A DNA stretch of 64,000 bases. Origin: the human T2T-CHM13v2.0 reference genome, Homo sapiens. Positions 63,966-64,000 of this stretch are shown here, piece by piece. The stretch is taken from the NCBI RefSeq assembly GCF_009914755.1, contig NC_060929.1, one strand, 5' to 3'. The position numbers and the translations under genes are program-made. How positions within the stretch are numbered: the first letter of the stretch is position 1; every line of letters starts with the position of its first letter. Below the pieces are notes generated by a model. That model was not told the origin of the DNA and ran no database searches. It saw only the letters and a program-made list of their open reading frames with translations.

Positions 63966-64000
63966 TTTACTCCTACAATTTCCCTCATATATCCCGAACT

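Overview
AT-rich primate genomic DNA, most likely human or another ape given AluY, L1PA, LTR7/HERV-H and LTR12/ERV9 elements. It looks intergenic or deep-intronic. I find no intact protein-coding gene. Nearly all listed ORFs fall in transposons or are chance ORFs. The only host-gene-derived sequence is a full-length processed pseudogene of SNU13 (NHP2L1, 15.5K protein) on the minus strand (~50539-52850). It is split at its stop codon by a 5'-inverted (twin-primed) L1PA with a perfect 16-bp target-site duplication (TSD). The rest is a layered transposon record: LTR7 inside LTR8 inside an old L1; LTR12 inside MER52 inside L2; L1PA inside L1MA inside an ERVL-type LTR inside an ERVL gag/pol remnant; a rearranged L1PA/PB with a monomeric 5'UTR; plus Alus, MaLRs, MIR/L2 and DNA-transposon fossils. 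I did not find a convincing new biological system. The best leads are mechanistic scars, LTR promoters with specific motif changes, and a few candidate non-coding exons or enhancers. Subfamily names come from recalled consensus sequences and need RepeatMasker/Dfam confirmation. Boundaries without a stated TSD are approximate.
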